64,000 nucleotides of DNA from the human T2T-CHM13v2.0 reference genome, Homo sapiens. The notes beneath the pieces were generated by a model. That model worked only from the letters and a program-made list of their open reading frames with translations, was not told the origin of the DNA and did no database searches. Made by a program: the position numbers and the translations under genes. Below are positions 31,343 through 47,605 of the stretch, piece after piece. Where the stretch lies: NCBI RefSeq assembly GCF_009914755.1, contig NC_060947.1, one strand, 5' to 3'. The first letter of the stretch is position 1. Every line of letters starts with the position of its first letter.

Positions 31343-31685
31343 TGTCTGTGTTTTGGTTATTTATTGCTGCATAACAAATTACCCCAAAACTTGCTGGCTT
31401 AAAACAAGTATTTTATTATTTCCTATGATTCTGTGGGTTGGCTGGGCTCAGCTGGGTGGCTCCTCTGCTGGTTTCACCTGGAGTCCCTTAGGCAGTTGCA
31501 GTCAGATGGTGGCTGTGGCTGGACGTCCAAGGTGGCTTCTTCACACATGTGTCTGGCACCTCAGTGTTCCTCATGTGGCTTTCTCAACAGGGTGCTGTGG
31601 TACTCCTACAGGGTAGCTAAGAGTGCCAAGAAGAGAAAGCAGAAGCTGCCGGTCCTCTTAATGTCTGTTCTCAGAAGTCTCAGAA
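31343..31685 (-). mobile_element. MLT1-type MaLR LTR fragment
   Basis: ttattgctgcataacaaattaccccaaaactt...ggctgggctcagctggg. Confidence 0.7.
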
Positions 31686-31689
31686 TATA

Positions 31690-32100
31690 ATTGACAAATA
31701 ATAATTGTATATATATTTTTGGGGTACAGTGTGATGTTTTGATGTATGTATACATTATAGAAAGATTCAATCAAACTACTTAACATATCCATCACTTCAC
31801 AAACTTATTTTTTTGGTAAGAACATTAAAAATCTATTATTTTAGCAATTTTGAAATATATAATAAATTATTATTAACTGTGGCCACCATGCAGTACAATT
31901 GGTTACTAAAACTTATTCTTCCAGTCTAATTGAAATTTTGTGCCCTTTAATCAAAATCTCCCCTTTCCCTATCTCTCCCCCTCCCTCCAGCCTTTGGTAA
32001 CTACTTTCTACTCTCTGTTTCTATGAGAACAACTTTTTAAGATTCCACATATAAGTGAGATTATACAGTATTTTTCTTTCTGTGTTTTGCTTACTTAGCA
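31690..32100 (-). mobile_element. L1MA-like 3' fragment
   Basis: gattccacatataagtgagattatacagtat and related L1 3'UTR motifs. Confidence 0.75.
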
Positions 32101-32799
32101 TTTTTTTTCTATTTTTCTGTTTGGTTGATTAGGCTATTTTTCATTATTGACTGAATTATTTTTTTCTGTTTAGCTCAAGACCATTGTATACATCGACTCA
32201 CAGAAGTATTTGAGTAAGCCTAATCATTGTTGAACTGTGATGGGGAAAGGATTCAGCCTTGGGACACGTGACCTTTGTGTACAGGTGTAAGAAATTCCTA
32301 CTAGGTTTTAGGGCCCAGAACTGGACTAGGCCATGAGGGACCCAACCCATCCTAGTAGGCAAATCATTTTCCAGTTTTATATTTGAGTTCATTAGTAAAT
32401 AAGTTTACTTTCCATTATAGACACCCCCTCCACTGACTTATGGGGTCCTGTACGCCATAACCAAAGACTCAGTGTTGGAAAGGTGATGCTCCACTCTGTG
32501 TCTTTGTTTAGCTAAGGTGAAGGGGACAGGTCTGCCACCCTGGTATATTCTGGTATTCTCTCATTGGCAGTCTTAGTGAAGGCTCATGAGAGCTTCCTCA
32601 CAGAGGTTTGTAAGGATTAGAACTGAGTGGAATAGACCTGTTCCAGGGCAGAGTGAAGCCGAGGACAACAGTGAGATTGTGTCCTTCAGGGCCACAGACC
32701 AGAACCTTTACTCAACTCTGATGTTAAGCTATAAAGCTAGTTTACAAGTTTATGGAACAATTCAGCTTGTTCTTCCAGGCTCTTGAAAATGAAGGTTAA

Positions 32800-33106
<307 letters not shown>

Positions 33107-33716
33107 TTAAGTTTTGGCAAAGTGATTTGTATAGATCTGTAATACATCATGTTCTAATGAGGTCCAATGAGTTCTAAGTAATTTCTGATTTCCATTAAAA
33201 ATGATTCATGAAAAAATAAGAATCTCATCAGAGAGAGAGAGAGACCACTTTTGAAATGAGGAAAAATGACAGAATAGAAAAGGAGAAAGTCTCTTTTCTC
33301 TCTTCTTCCCCAAGCCCCCCTCATCACTGGTTACTTATTTGAGCATCCTTTATCAGCATCTAATGAGAATGAGAACATAGTGGGATGCCATGTGACCTTT
33401 TGAGTAGGAATTGGAAGCTCTTATGAAGTTTCCAGCCTGATGTCACTTCAGATCCAGGTCATTAATATTTAAAAAAATAAAAAAAATAAAAACTCTTAGG
33501 TGATTCGAATGAGCAGCCAAGTTTGAGAAGCAGAGCCCTACTGGAGCAATGCTTCTGCAACTTGAATGTACATGCAAATCTCCTGGGGACTTGGTTAAAA
33601 ATGCAGATTCTTAATAAGTTTGGAGGGGAGCCTGAGAGTCTGCATTTCTAACAAGCTCCCAATGGAGGCCGATGCTGCTGGACAATGGCCTATGGACCAT
33701 ACTTTGAGAATATAGA

Positions 33717-33995
33717 GCAGGGGGCAGCAAACTTTTCACATATGAAGGCCTGAGAGTAAATATATTGGGCTTTGCAGGTCATGTGGTCTCTGTTGCAGCA
33801 ACCCAAATATACCTGTAGTACAGAGCAGCAATAGGCAATAGGCAAACAAATGGGTGTGGCTGCGTGCCAATAAAACTTTATTTACAACACCAGGCAGTAT
33901 CCTGAATTTGTCTTACAGGCCGTGAGCCAATAAAACTTTATTTATAACACCAGGCAGTATCCTGAATTTATTTTACAGGCTGTGACTTGCCAACT
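33717..33995. mobile_element. MER58A-like DNA transposon with a 60-bp internal tandem duplication
   Basis: cagggggcagcaaactttt start and ccaataaaactttattta motif present twice (33866-33985). Confidence 0.8.
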
Positions 33996-36327
33996 TGGTC
34001 TAGAGCTTTCCCTGTCTCAAGTTTTTGAGCCGTATCTTGCTTCTTCCCTGTTTTGTTGGGCTGAATCTTAGGTAAGAATTAAATGGTTTTGAAAGAGGTT
34101 ACTCAATGGCTTTGTTGAACTGATGAATAATTGATGATGACATTTAGGCTCTGTTTACAAACAGCCCCAATTGTCCCTTGGTTGTGGCTCATTGCTTTGC
34201 CTTGAATATAGGTGGCCTTTCTGATTTCTCTCCCTAGACTGCCTCTTCAGCAATGGATCGAAACAGAGCTAGGGTTTATTCTAAAATGTGGCCCACGGGC
34301 ATCTCAGAATAAATAACCAGGTCTGAACTGTAGAGGCAGAGGGTGGCTTCAGGTCACTTTTCCTTGACCTGCATTTTACAACTCATCTCTGGTGTTTTGT
34401 CTAAGGCGACAGAGGCTGGTATTTTGGCTATCTGAGAGGTAGAGAGCAGAGAGGTTCCTGGACATGTACATTTTGTGTTGAGATAGGTCATGCCCCAGAT
34501 ATGGCTATTAATGGTAGCAGAGAGTTAAATGTTGCTGATAATATATTCTAATAAGTAGATAATACAGAACCAAGTTGTCAGAGTTTTGGGGGGACCCAAA
34601 TTTGGAACCAAGGACTCAAAGCTCAGAAGGGTTCCATCTTGTGGGCTTCAGGAGTAAGGTGCAAGATTCCTGGTCTGCTGCTCATGGTAAATTTCCTGCA
34701 TTTCAAACCCCAAAGTCAGTTAGGCCTAAGCTTCAGGAAAGTTTTCAGTTTAATTGGTTCAAAACTGAAACAGACTCTCATCTATCTTTATGACAGTGCT
34801 AGGATTCCTAAGGGAGAGGTGTTACTCCTCTTCTGAAATGGGAGGATGTGGGCCAGGAATCCTTGGGCCAGGGATGCTTATGGCAGACTCCATTTCTCAG
34901 CATGGTTTTGGCTGGGAATTTCCTCTATGAGATTGACCCTTCTCTCCCCGAGGTGCCATTTTCTGGAATACCACCTTCTCTCTGCTGGTAAAATCTAATT
35001 TACCTTAGTGCCTTGACTGGTCTGCAAAATAAATGTTCTGACGTTTCCTGACAGGAGAGCCTGTCCTCTCTGCTTTCTGCTTCTTTATCATTCTTGTACT
35101 TTCTTGCCTTGCCTTTTCCATTTTGATCTTCTCTCTTGGCCAAGTCTTGTCTTCCGGGGGCTCTCAGTCAAAGTTTAGTCCCACCGATGTCCAGAACAGA
35201 AAGCTCAGTGGTATTATTTTTAGAGAGGGAGGGAGAACCTCTTAAAAGCATACTTAAAATTCTATCTGTGTGTGTCTTTTCATCCTTACATCTGAGAATA
35301 TTATTTGTCTTGGCATGTTGAATATGGTTACTAATGCAGATGTGGTCTGTGCCTTACATGTTATTCAGTTTGATTTATAAAAAATGAATAATTATATAAT
35401 AGAATATTTAATCACTCAGAAGATAATATATGTTGGGAAAACATGAAATTTGAAGTCAGATTAAGGCTAAATTAATCTAGGTGAGAAGTTGGTTTTGGCC
35501 CTCATTGCCTGTGTAGACTTGGGGTGAGTTGCGCTCATTTTCTGAGTCTTAGCTTATGAGCTGTGAAATGGGGATGATCTGTACCTACCTTGTACAGTTA
35601 GGGTAGGATTTGGATCTGATGATGAAGTAAAGTACTTAGCACAGTACCTGGTTTATAGTAAGGGTTTAATGGAGAGCATTACTTTTGTTATTTAAAAAAT
35701 TATGTCTATTGTTTCTGTTTCTGTTTAGCTCTGAGATCTCCTCCTCTTTGAAAATGTCCTTTCCACAAGGCCCTTCCCTTCCCATCCATTCCATCTGACC
35801 CTCTACCTTCTTCTGTTGTTTTTTCTCTTACATCGCATTCTCTCCCTATGACCAACTATGAACTCCTGAAGGAAAGAAATCCAGTTTATTAAACTGTGTG
35901 TCTTCACTCCGTCTAAACACAACAACATGGACAAATTTCACAGATGTGTTGTTGAGTGGAAGAAGCCAGATACAAAAGAGTACACACTTTTTTTGAAGTT
36001 CAAGAACAGGAAAAAGTAATTTATGGAGACAGAGATCAGGATAGCGGTTCTTTTGAAGGTGGAAGGGTTATTCACTGGGGAGGTACCCAGGGGAGTCTTC
36101 AGGATGCTATAAATGTTTTAAATCTTGTCTCAGGCCTACTAACACAGATGTGTGTATGTTTTAAAAAATATTTGATTGGTATACTTAGTATTTGTGCACT
36201 TTGTACGATATAGTGCAGTAAAAATTTTAAAAGATGTTTCCCAGTATGCAGGGCTTATTTGCCTTTTAGTGATCATTCAGTAAAAGGTTGAATATTTAAT
36301 GGATGTCATGATGAAGTAAATGATCAA

Positions 36328-36619
36328 CTTTTTTTTTTTTTTTTGAGACAGGGTCTTGCTCTGTCACCTAGGCTGGAGTGCAGTGGCACCATCATAGCTC
36401 ACTGCAGCCTCAATCTCCTGGGCTCAAGAGATAGTCCTGCCTCAGCTTCCTGAGTAATTGGGACTATAGGCATGCACCACAATGCCAAACTAATTTATTT
36501 TTTTGTAAAGATGGTGTCTCCCTATGTTGCCCAGGCTGGTCTCGAACTCCTGGGCTCAAGCCCCCACCTTGGCCTCCCAAAATGCTGAGATTACAGCTGT
36601 GAGCCACCGTACCTGGCCC
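36328..36619 (-). mobile_element. AluJ
   Basis: PolyT plus AluJ-type body. Confidence 0.9.
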
Positions 36620-37772
36620 TAAGTGGTTAATCTTAATCACCATGTGACCAAGACCAAATTTTAAGGAAGATGTAGCATACATTTTGGAAAACATGGTAGA
36701 CATAATTCATAATTTATAGCCAGAATTCACGCTGTTGTTCATGGCGCTACTTGGATCTTCACATAGCTGTTTCAGAAAATATAGTAAATGCGAACGGCAG
36801 GACTTGCAATTTCAGACAGTTTGTGCAGTTGGCAGGACAGAGAACACAGAGTGGGGATACGGTCCTGTCAGATTGGTGGAAAACCTCATTTTTAATTGAT
36901 TGTCTATTGCATCTATGCCCCTCTTTTCCCACCCTCCCTTTGTCCTTTTATCAATTCTACTTGGAAATAAAATCTGCAACTCTAATAGATGCTACTGACA
37001 CTCGTGCAGCAATTCTACCAGATGGCATTCGAATCTCGGGTGTTCTATGAAAAATGAAAAGACCAAACACATGCACAAATAAATGAAGGTTGAATTAATC
37101 TTTATAATTAAACGGAATATTACCCTGCTATGACTGATTTTTGCTTTCAAACTGGATTGCGTGCTAATTTTTCAGTGAACTGTAATTGTATTAACATGGC
37201 TTTTTTGATGCCTGAAAGTACTTAAAAATAGATTTTGCGAAGTTACTGAGAGAAAAGTTATTAGAACTTTTAATCTAAACATCTCTAAGATCCTGAGGTA
37301 TATTTATATCACGACTTACAGCTGCAAAGCATTTTCCAATAGTTTTTTATTCTTTGTCCCTTATCATCCTGGGATTTAGGTGGCACTGGCCAGAAATTGG
37401 GTTGAATTGCAAGTACCTGAGGCACGTTAGAAAATTGATGTCCTACTGTGTACCCACAAAAATTAAAAATAAAAATTAGAAAACAAATATGTACAACTGC
37501 TATGTACCCACAAAAATTAAAAATTAAAAAAATGAGTGGGAGGGAAGGTGGTAGAGTTTTCTACATAAAGTGCACCTACTAGCTTAGTAGTGGTGACTAT
37601 TAGTGAAATCCCTAAGGATTATTGAAGCAGAGGATGAGTCCCCTACTTATGAACTGATAACACAGTGTTGGGGGTTCTCAGAAGTGGGTCCAGAAGCCTT
37701 GGTACCATGGCAAGTACCATGATCTACAGCAGAGAGTATCTCAAATTTCAGCAGGCATGAGACTCCCCTATA

Positions 37773-37990
37773 GTAGTGGTTTTCAACCCAGAGTGATGTT
37801 ACACACCTGGAGACATTTGGCAATGTCTGGAGATATTTTTGATCACAACTGGGGGGACAGAGGGTGTTACTGGCATTTAGTGGGTAGCAGCCAGGAATGC
37901 TGCTAAATATCCTACAATCCACAGAACAGTCCCCAGAGATAAGAATGATTCTTTCCCAAATGTCAATAGTGCCAAGGTTGAGAAACCCTG
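37773..37990. mobile_element. MER20
   Basis: gtggttttcaacc...ggagacatttggcaatgtctggagatatttttg...gtgccaaggttgagaaaccctg. Confidence 0.85.
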
Positions 37991-38250
37991 CCTTATGGTA
38001 AGGCTCATTATAATGCAGATTCCTGGGTCCCAGTTCAGAAGCATTCTAACTCAAGAGATGTAGCATTGTCCCACAAATTTGTGTTTTCAACAAGCTCCCA
38101 CGTGACACAGATGCTGCCAGTCCAAAGACAAAGCTTTGGGAAGCCCTAAGCTAGACGATGCCAGTGTCAAAGGAACAAGCCATATATGTGGGCACTGGCC
38201 CTATGACATTCCCTTCTTTTAGAAAAATGATATGAAAATTCCCACTTGCA

Positions 38251-38546
<296 letters not shown>

Positions 38547-39190
38547 CACACTTGTCTAATTTAATAATTCACCAAAGTTATCTCATTTGATCTCTCCCCA
38601 CCAGTTTATGAGGGAGGTACTTCACAAGGTTTTTAGGTGGTAAAGAATTGTTCATATAAGAGCTAACCTTAAAGGAAAGAATGACAACAATTCCCACTTA
38701 AACTGTTGATGAGACAAGGGGATATGTTTATCTAGGTTAATCTCCAACTTGCCTCCTGTTTAAATAAGTAATTTAACAACTGGAGGAGGATTAAGTAGCT
38801 GATTAAATTTCTCTGAGAAACGTTAGGTGTTAGGGCCTTGGTATTTATTGCAGGTGTGTTTCTAAGCCCTTTCAACCTTGATATTTGAAAATGTTTTTAA
38901 ATAATTTGTAAGTATTTTTTCCCATTCCCCAAAAAATGCATTGATTTATTTCATAGTATTTATTCCCATTTTGGTTAATATTTCTATACTGGCTGTGTTT
39001 TAAATGTAGATATTTACCTCAACAAAATATGAATATTACAGCTAATTATAGAATTATTTAAATAGTTATTATTTAATTATATATTTCTATCTTGATGAAA
39101 CTTTCCGAAAAGATTAACCTTTGTGCCTTATTTTTCCCTTGCTATCTTTACTATTGGTTTTGAAAAATGGGGAAACCTCTTGTGTAGAAG

Positions 39191-39918
39191 AGGGGTTGGC
39201 AAACCATTTCTGTAAAGAGACAAATGGTAAACATCTTAGGCATTGTGTGGGCTATATGGCTTCTGTTGCAACTACTCAAACTCCACTGCTGTAGCATGAA
39301 AGTGGCAGTAAACAATACTTAAATGAACGTGGCTGTCGTCAGAGAGAAAAAAGCAACTTTTCCTTTACCACTTTAGGTTTAATGTCAGGGCCTGTGAATT
39401 AAACTATAAAAGATGGATTAACAAGAGAAAAGCAAAGTTTATTCACTAACCTGCATGAGAGCTTACAGAAAACACAGCCCAGAGAAACAGAATTGGGGGG
39501 TTACATATTGTCTTAAGAAGGGGTAGGGTTAGGATTTTAAGGGACAATAAATGGTGGGAAATGACTGAGAAATATATGAGGGGACCTAACAGAAAGTCAG
39601 GCTTGCTTTAGTAAGGTCTGTTTATGTAAGTTCTCATCCTGGCGCCAACTTTTTATCCCCGGTGAGAGGAGTTATTTTCCCCCGGTGCAAGAAGTGTCTC
39701 TTAAAAGGGGGATTTACGACAGTTGAATTCTTTTGGAAGTCTCTGCTTGTAGGCCGATAAGGGAAGCATGGAGAAAGCCTCTTTCTGCTTGTCTTGATTC
39801 TCAGATACCTTCAGCTCAAAATAGTCCTTTGCTACAGTAGCATATTCCGGACCAATAAAACTTTCTTTACAAAAAAACATGTGGTAGGCTGGCTTGGGCT
39901 GTAGTTTGCTGACCTCTG
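39191..39918. mobile_element. MER58A split by a MER34-like ERV1 LTR (about 39336-39850, minus strand)
   Basis: The MER58A 5' half ends gtggctg and resumes at ccaataaaactt. The insert's reverse complement begins ggaatatgctac...ttttgagctgaagg, which is MER34-like. Confidence 0.7.
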
Positions 39919-40204
39919 ATACAGAGCCCTGTGAGTGAGACAGAGACAAACATAATTTATTTTGGCTCATATAAAAGCCTAAGTGTGATATAGGATTGTT
40001 CCCACTCTTGGGCTGTTATCATTTTGGTTATGTCTGGATAAATGGGCTTAGCTAATTGAGGCTTAGGGTATTCATTTGACTAGGTCTAGCAGCTGTTCTA
40101 TTTGCAAACTTTGTGAGCAGTTTAACCACATATAATCGAAACCAATAAAAACATTGATTTAAAAATTTATGATTTGGCCACTCTTCTGCCCAGTTTCTTT
40201 TCAT

Positions 40205-40517
<313 letters not shown>

Positions 40518-40544
40518 CCTGCCCAGTTTTAAAGGAAATAAATG

Positions 40545-40680
40545 AGCCGGGTGTGGTGGCTCACACCTGCCATCCCAGCACTTTGAGAGGCAGAGGTGAG
40601 CGGATTGCTTGAGTCCAGGAGTTTGAGACAAGCCTGGACAACACGGTGAAACCCTGTCTATATTAAACAAACAAACAAAT
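40545..40680 (+). mobile_element. FLAM / Alu left monomer
   Basis: TSD-like ggaaataaatgag on both flanks and an (AAAC)n tail. Confidence 0.85.
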
Positions 40681-42589
40681 AAGGGAAATAAATGAGAGTT
40701 GCCTCTATTTTTAAGGTAATATTGCTACCACTCTAAGGACGATGGGTGTGTTGTTTTATTAATTAATCATAAGGTGGCTTTGGCTTCTAAAATCTATTGC
40801 TACTACCTGCTCCATCTGTTTACCAAGAAAACTCAAATATTACTTTCTTTCTTTAACTCTGTTCAGTACAGGGCTCACCCAAGTAAGAGGAGCATCACAA
40901 AGACACCAGGGAAATGTTTAGTGCCAGTATGGCAAAATTAAGATTTACTTCTGCCAGAGTAGTTTCCTTTTGCAGACAGAAGAAACTGCCCACCTCCAAA
41001 ATATATTGAGTTGGTGTTTTAGGAGAGAGCATGGATGGTGCTTGTTTATAATTTGGAACATGCCTTCCTAGAATGTTGTCTATCTTAGAGAGTAATGAGG
41101 GTTTTCTGCTATACTGGGGCATTATTCACATGGGGTTGAGGGTGGATGACCTGAAATCTGATCTTTCCTGTCTTTTACTTCTTGTACAATTAGAACTGTG
41201 ATTTGCACTTAGAGAGCCTTCTGATTCATGGAAGTGCTTATCTATCTTCTACCCCTGTATGATGCATCTGCTTGTGGACCGCACCCAAAAGCAATTTGCA
41301 GAATTAAAGTTTTTGAAGACTCATAATAAATCAGTTCAATTTTATCAAGAGAATAAAATTTGATTCATCAGATAACTGCATTGTTATTATTTGTGGGATC
41401 CTGATAGACCCAGAGGATATTAAAGCCTGTTCCCCTGACTAATTTTCATCAATACCATTAGCTCCGCTTAGGGTAATATCTTCAGCTAAGGCATCTATAC
41501 TAGTCAATCATTTGTTTGGCATTATGGAAACTGCCATTGTTTTGAATGATAGTGTAATTCATGTACAGTCTCCTGAACTTCTGGGTGCTTAAAGCTCAGA
41601 ATTTTGATTGATGTTTAATAGTTATTACAGAACTCATCAGAGAAAATGAGGCCTTGGCATGATTGAGCCTGACTGAAGCTTTCAAAGCCACTGCAAGCTT
41701 AGGAAAGTTGCCCTATAAATTTTTTATGAAAGGGCAGTGATCAGTTGTTCCATTTTTTTCTTAAGTTGGTTAAATTAATAAAAAAGAAAAAATATGCTGA
41801 GACTTAACCACGTATACTAAACATACAGCTATTTAATTAAGTGATTAAAGTGGTCTCTTTGATGTGATACATGCAAGACATTTGAGAATTTATCTGACTC
41901 TCCTAAATAGCCAAGTCAGTGGGGATTAAAATAAATGAGCTTTCTGTCTTCCTTTCTGTAGATCAGCTTAATAGTAAGTGGCTTTGAAAATTCAGGAGTA
42001 AAGCAGTCAACCTAGCCAATCTTTAAATCAGTTCAGTCACATATATAAAAAGTAGATGCCATTTCAGAGCTCACAGCTAAATAAAGCAGAATTATGCCTG
42101 ATTCTGTTCTTCCCACCAGCATTATCAAGTTGTAGTATACAGTATTGAAAATTCTGGGAAGGTGGGGGTGATTTGAGAGTTTAAATCATGTTGTATATTA
42201 GGTTTTCAATGTTCCTCATTTTTCTGAGTTCATTTGTGATAGCTATTGTTTCTCTCTTCAAATAATAATCTTTACAAACTCTCTGTTGTCTCCATGGAAA
42301 TTAATTGTGATTTTTAAAGCTCTAGCACTAAGACTTTAGGGCAGGGAGTCAACTCCCAAGCAACTGAGATCTGTCGCATGTAAATGGTAGTAATAGCAAA
42401 GAGCAAAGCAAAAACAAATAAAAATCTTGATAGCTAAGCCGTGCGTGCACGTGCACACACATGCACACAGATGATGCTGTTGAGCATGGATCAGTTTGGA
42501 AGCATTGTTAAGCACTTACTGTGTACTAGCCCCTGTGTCATGAATTGAGGCAACTCAGCGAATAACCTAGCTTTATTTAATTATCTGTG

Positions 42590-43100
42590 TTGGCTTAGTA
42601 AGTTATGGCCCTTGGGCCATATTTGGCATTCTGCCTGTTTTTGTGTGAACCACAAGTTATGAATGGATTTCACATTTTTTAAATAGTTTTAAAAAATCAG
42701 CTTGGCACAATGGCTCATGCCTGGAACCCCAGTACTTAGGGAGGGAGATGTGGGAGGATTGCTTGAGCCCAGGAGTTTGAGACCTGTCTGGGCAACGTAG
42801 TGAGACCTCGTTCTCCACAAAAAGGAAAACAACAACAACAACAACAACAACACAAAAGGACAAAAAAACACACCAAGTGTAAACAACCAAAAGAAGAATA
42901 TATTATGATACATGAAAGTTGTATGAGATTCAAATTTCAGTGTCTATAAAGTTTTATTGGAACAGAGTCACAGCCATTCATTTATGTGTTGTTCTAGCTT
43001 GTTTCTGCTTTCTCAGGTACAATCACAGAGCTGAGTAGTTGTGCAGAGGCCATATGGATTGCAAAGCCTAAAATATTTACTATTTGGCACTTTACAGAAA
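42590..43100. mobile_element. MER58B-like element with a nested FLAM (about 42697-42870, (AAC)n tail)
   Basis: aagttttattggaacagagtcacagccattcattta and gcaaagcctaaaatatttactatttggcactttacagaaaaagtttg. Confidence 0.7.
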
Positions 43101-43417
43101 AAGTTTGGTTATTCCTGATATGGGTAAGGCAAACTTCATAATTCCTTTATTATCTGAATACTTCTCCCAACTCTCTATTTTACTTTATTGGTATTAGAAC
43201 TAAATGTATCCATATTCTACAGACGAGGAACCTGAGGAACAGAGAGATTCAGAAAATTCAGCTATTGCTAATACCTTATGTGATGATGATAACTTGTTAT
43301 AGAATGGTTTTCCTCAGCTTTTTAAATAAAAATGCAGTTAAGTAATCGATAATATTACGTTTGTATGTTCTTTCAGCATTAAGGAGAGTCCTGAGCCTTG
43401 ATTTTATGTTCAGTATG

Positions 43418-44775
<1,358 letters not shown>

Positions 44776-46020
44776 ACCCAGGGAAACGTACCTTGGTGTG
44801 AACAGCACTGAATGATGTTTATGATTGTATGTTAATCCTCTTATATTTAAAGGTTAAATGTAAAATATAGCCTTTTATATTTTCTGATACTCTTGATGAC
44901 ATTGATCATAGTGGGTTTATCAAATTATTCATTATATGAATTAATATTTATTGAGTATTGGTCACTTGCTATGTTACCTGTGGTAACATGGTGATTAGGT
45001 GGAATAGGCTATTGGTTTAATTTGAATAGTATTAGAAGATTCTCTCAGCTACAAAACCTCTCATTTAATTGTATTTATTCCTTTGGCTAATAAACTACTC
45101 TTTTAAATAAAAGTATTTCTCCAGAGTAAATATATTAGATTGCTATTAGTGACTTACATTCTATTATAAACTAGTTTGAGGCCCCAGTGGCAGCTAGTGG
45201 ATTAGCAACCTTGAAGAATTAATAATTTTGATGGATGAGAAGGGAAGGGGGAGATATCTTTGGAGCACAGAGTATTGCTAAGGAAAGGCCAACTAGGGTA
45301 CGATGGTATTGCAAGTGGTATGAACACATAGGACCTGCTAGGTGTTGAAAGGAACAGATAAGAGAAAGAGAAAGAGGAGGAAGGCAGAAACCAAGATGGC
45401 AAGTGCTAAAAGCAACCTGTATCTTTGATCTTTTCTAGGGTTAGATTTGGTAGTGTTTCTTGTGTCTGTTTTCAGAGGTGTGCCAATAGTGGCTCTCAAA
45501 AGAGTCCTCCAACTTTTGGGGGGCTGCAAATAGCCTGGATTCTTTTGACTCATATGCAGAGTCTGGCTTTGCTAGGAAAATCTCCTACCATGCTCCAAGA
45601 AGCTTGTACATTTGTCTTCCATTGATAAGAGGGTTGCCTCAATAGCTTTTCTCCCTAAGCATTTCTTTTCTCGATATTTTTCCTCTCACCACAAGTGTGG
45701 CCTTCTGAAACTGGACCTATGACTAAAAGAGTGACATTATTTCTCAGGGGTTTCAGGTGTTTGGTTAGGGGTATAAGATGACCTGGACTCTTCTGGAAGA
45801 CCTCCAAACACTACACATCACAGTTACTCCAAATCCTTGGAAAAAGTCACGTTTCTACTTTCTTGGTGTAGTCTACAACTAACATTTGCTCATCATGTAC
45901 TCTGGACCAAGGGAAAAAAGTGTTTTACATGCAATGTCATCCTGAACTCTTGCAGACAATGCTATGAAATAGGTACTAATTTTTAGTAATTTTTTTCTCA
46001 ACATCTGATGTAAAGGAGAG

Positions 46021-46750
46021 TGTGTTAGGATTACATTAGCTAATGGAAAACATGACACATAATGCCTCAAACAAATAAGGGCTTTATTTTCTGTATGTCA
46101 TGAAGGGAAAAGAGGGAGGCAGTCCAGGTCTAATATGCTGGCCTTCGAATGCCATCAGCTTTTCATCCCACCATCTTCAGCATGTAGATTTTTTCCTCAT
46201 ATGTGTTGCCTTGTGATTACTAGATGGCTGCTCGGCTTCTGGCATTGCATCAGCATTCCAGAAAGGAAGAAGAGGAAAGGCTAAAGCAGTAGTTCTCAGC
46301 TGGAGGTGATTTTGCCACCAGGGGCACATTTGGCAATATATGGAGATATTTTTGGTTGTCACAACTTGCGGAGGGGGGCATGGGTTGCTCCTGGTATCTA
46401 ATTTGTAGAAGCCAAAGATGCTGCTAAACATCCTACAATTTATAGGACAAACCCCAGAGCAAGAATTATCTGGCCCAAAGTGTTGAGAAACCCTGGACTC
46501 GAGGCAGAAAGCATATGCTGATGAATCTGTCCCCTTTTAAAATGGATCATTGGAAGTGCAACAAGAAGTTTTTCTTAAATGTCATTGGCCCGAATCTCAT
46601 CCTGTAGCTGACTCCAGTTGGAAAGGAAGCTGGGCAACACAGCTATTTTGTTGTTGTTGTTGTTGTTGTTGTTGAGTCCATTGTCATCCTGAGCAGAATT
46701 GGAGTCCTGACAGTAAGAGAAGAAAGGGAGAATAGTTATTAGGTAGACAG
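46021..46750 (-). mobile_element. MLT1-type LTR with nested MER20 (about 46285-46495) and (TTG)n at about 46648-46673
   Basis: MLT1-like motifs flank a recognisable MER20. Confidence 0.6.
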
Positions 46751-47186
46751 TAGGCGGTGTTTATTTCAAAAAGTTAAGTACTCTGCCTAAGGTCACAGAG
46801 GTAGTGAAGATCAGCAGCTGCGTAAACCTCCTCTATTGAGGAACGGATGTCCAGCTGTCAAGTGCAGCTTCTCTCTACATGTCTGTATGAATAAAGCATG
46901 AAAATGCATGCACTGGGTATGGAAAGCCCTGGAGTTTTTGATCAGCCACAAACAGCCTAGGAAATATTTCTTGCAGGATATAATATGCAATCTGTTAAAT
47001 ATTTATATCACTGCTCTCTCAGCATTTACAGTGGGACTTGCCTTTCCTTTTTGTCCATGTAACCAATAGGGTAATTAATCTCAGACCTGACTCACTAATA
47101 CTTTGCCCTTCAAGCCATCAAACTATTGGTGCTTCACTTCTCCCATTTTGAAAAATTAAAAAGTGATGTGATTACTATTTGCCTTA

Positions 47187-47605
47187 CTTAGGGTTCATTC
47201 AGGAAACCAGACACTCTTCTAAGTATATCAACCAGCAAGACATTTAATACAGGGAATTGGAGGCTTAGGTAACCTTTCAGAGGGCTGGGGAGTGAAGGGC
47301 AGAGTCTGTCAATGATCTCTGCTGCTTGTACACCAAAGAGGTCTTTCTCAGGAGAATGCCTGGAAGTTGCTGGAAAAGGGCTGTATCTGCTGTCTGCAGA
47401 TGCCCACATATCTGTATAAGGCTACCAACAGCAAATGAATGGCATCTCCTCTTCTACCTTTGGAATTGCCTATGAGTGCTTCTCATTGGCAGTCTAACCT
47501 GGAGCCATGGGATATTGCAAGATGTATTTCTGAAGCTTCTCAGGGAAAAATGTAGAATGGGGTGGGGTAGGATGAGGAGGAATTGACAACGAAGTCTGTG
47601 GCAGA
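47187..47605 (-). mobile_element. Old ERVL-type LTR fragment
   Basis: cttagggttcattcaggaaaccagacactc...atttaatacagggaattgg. Confidence 0.5.

Noticed and set aside
33866-33985. Repeats resembling a CRISPR or other array
   Set aside because: Only two copies, no spacers, eukaryotic intron context and no cas genes.
37440-37533. Doubled tgtacccacaaaaattaaaaat motif
   Set aside because: Fragments of an L1 3' terminus with an A-rich tail; no evidence of anything beyond repeat debris.
46314-46328. CTCF-like gccaccaggggcac in MER20
   Set aside because: It is one G short of the core spacing, so the match is poor.
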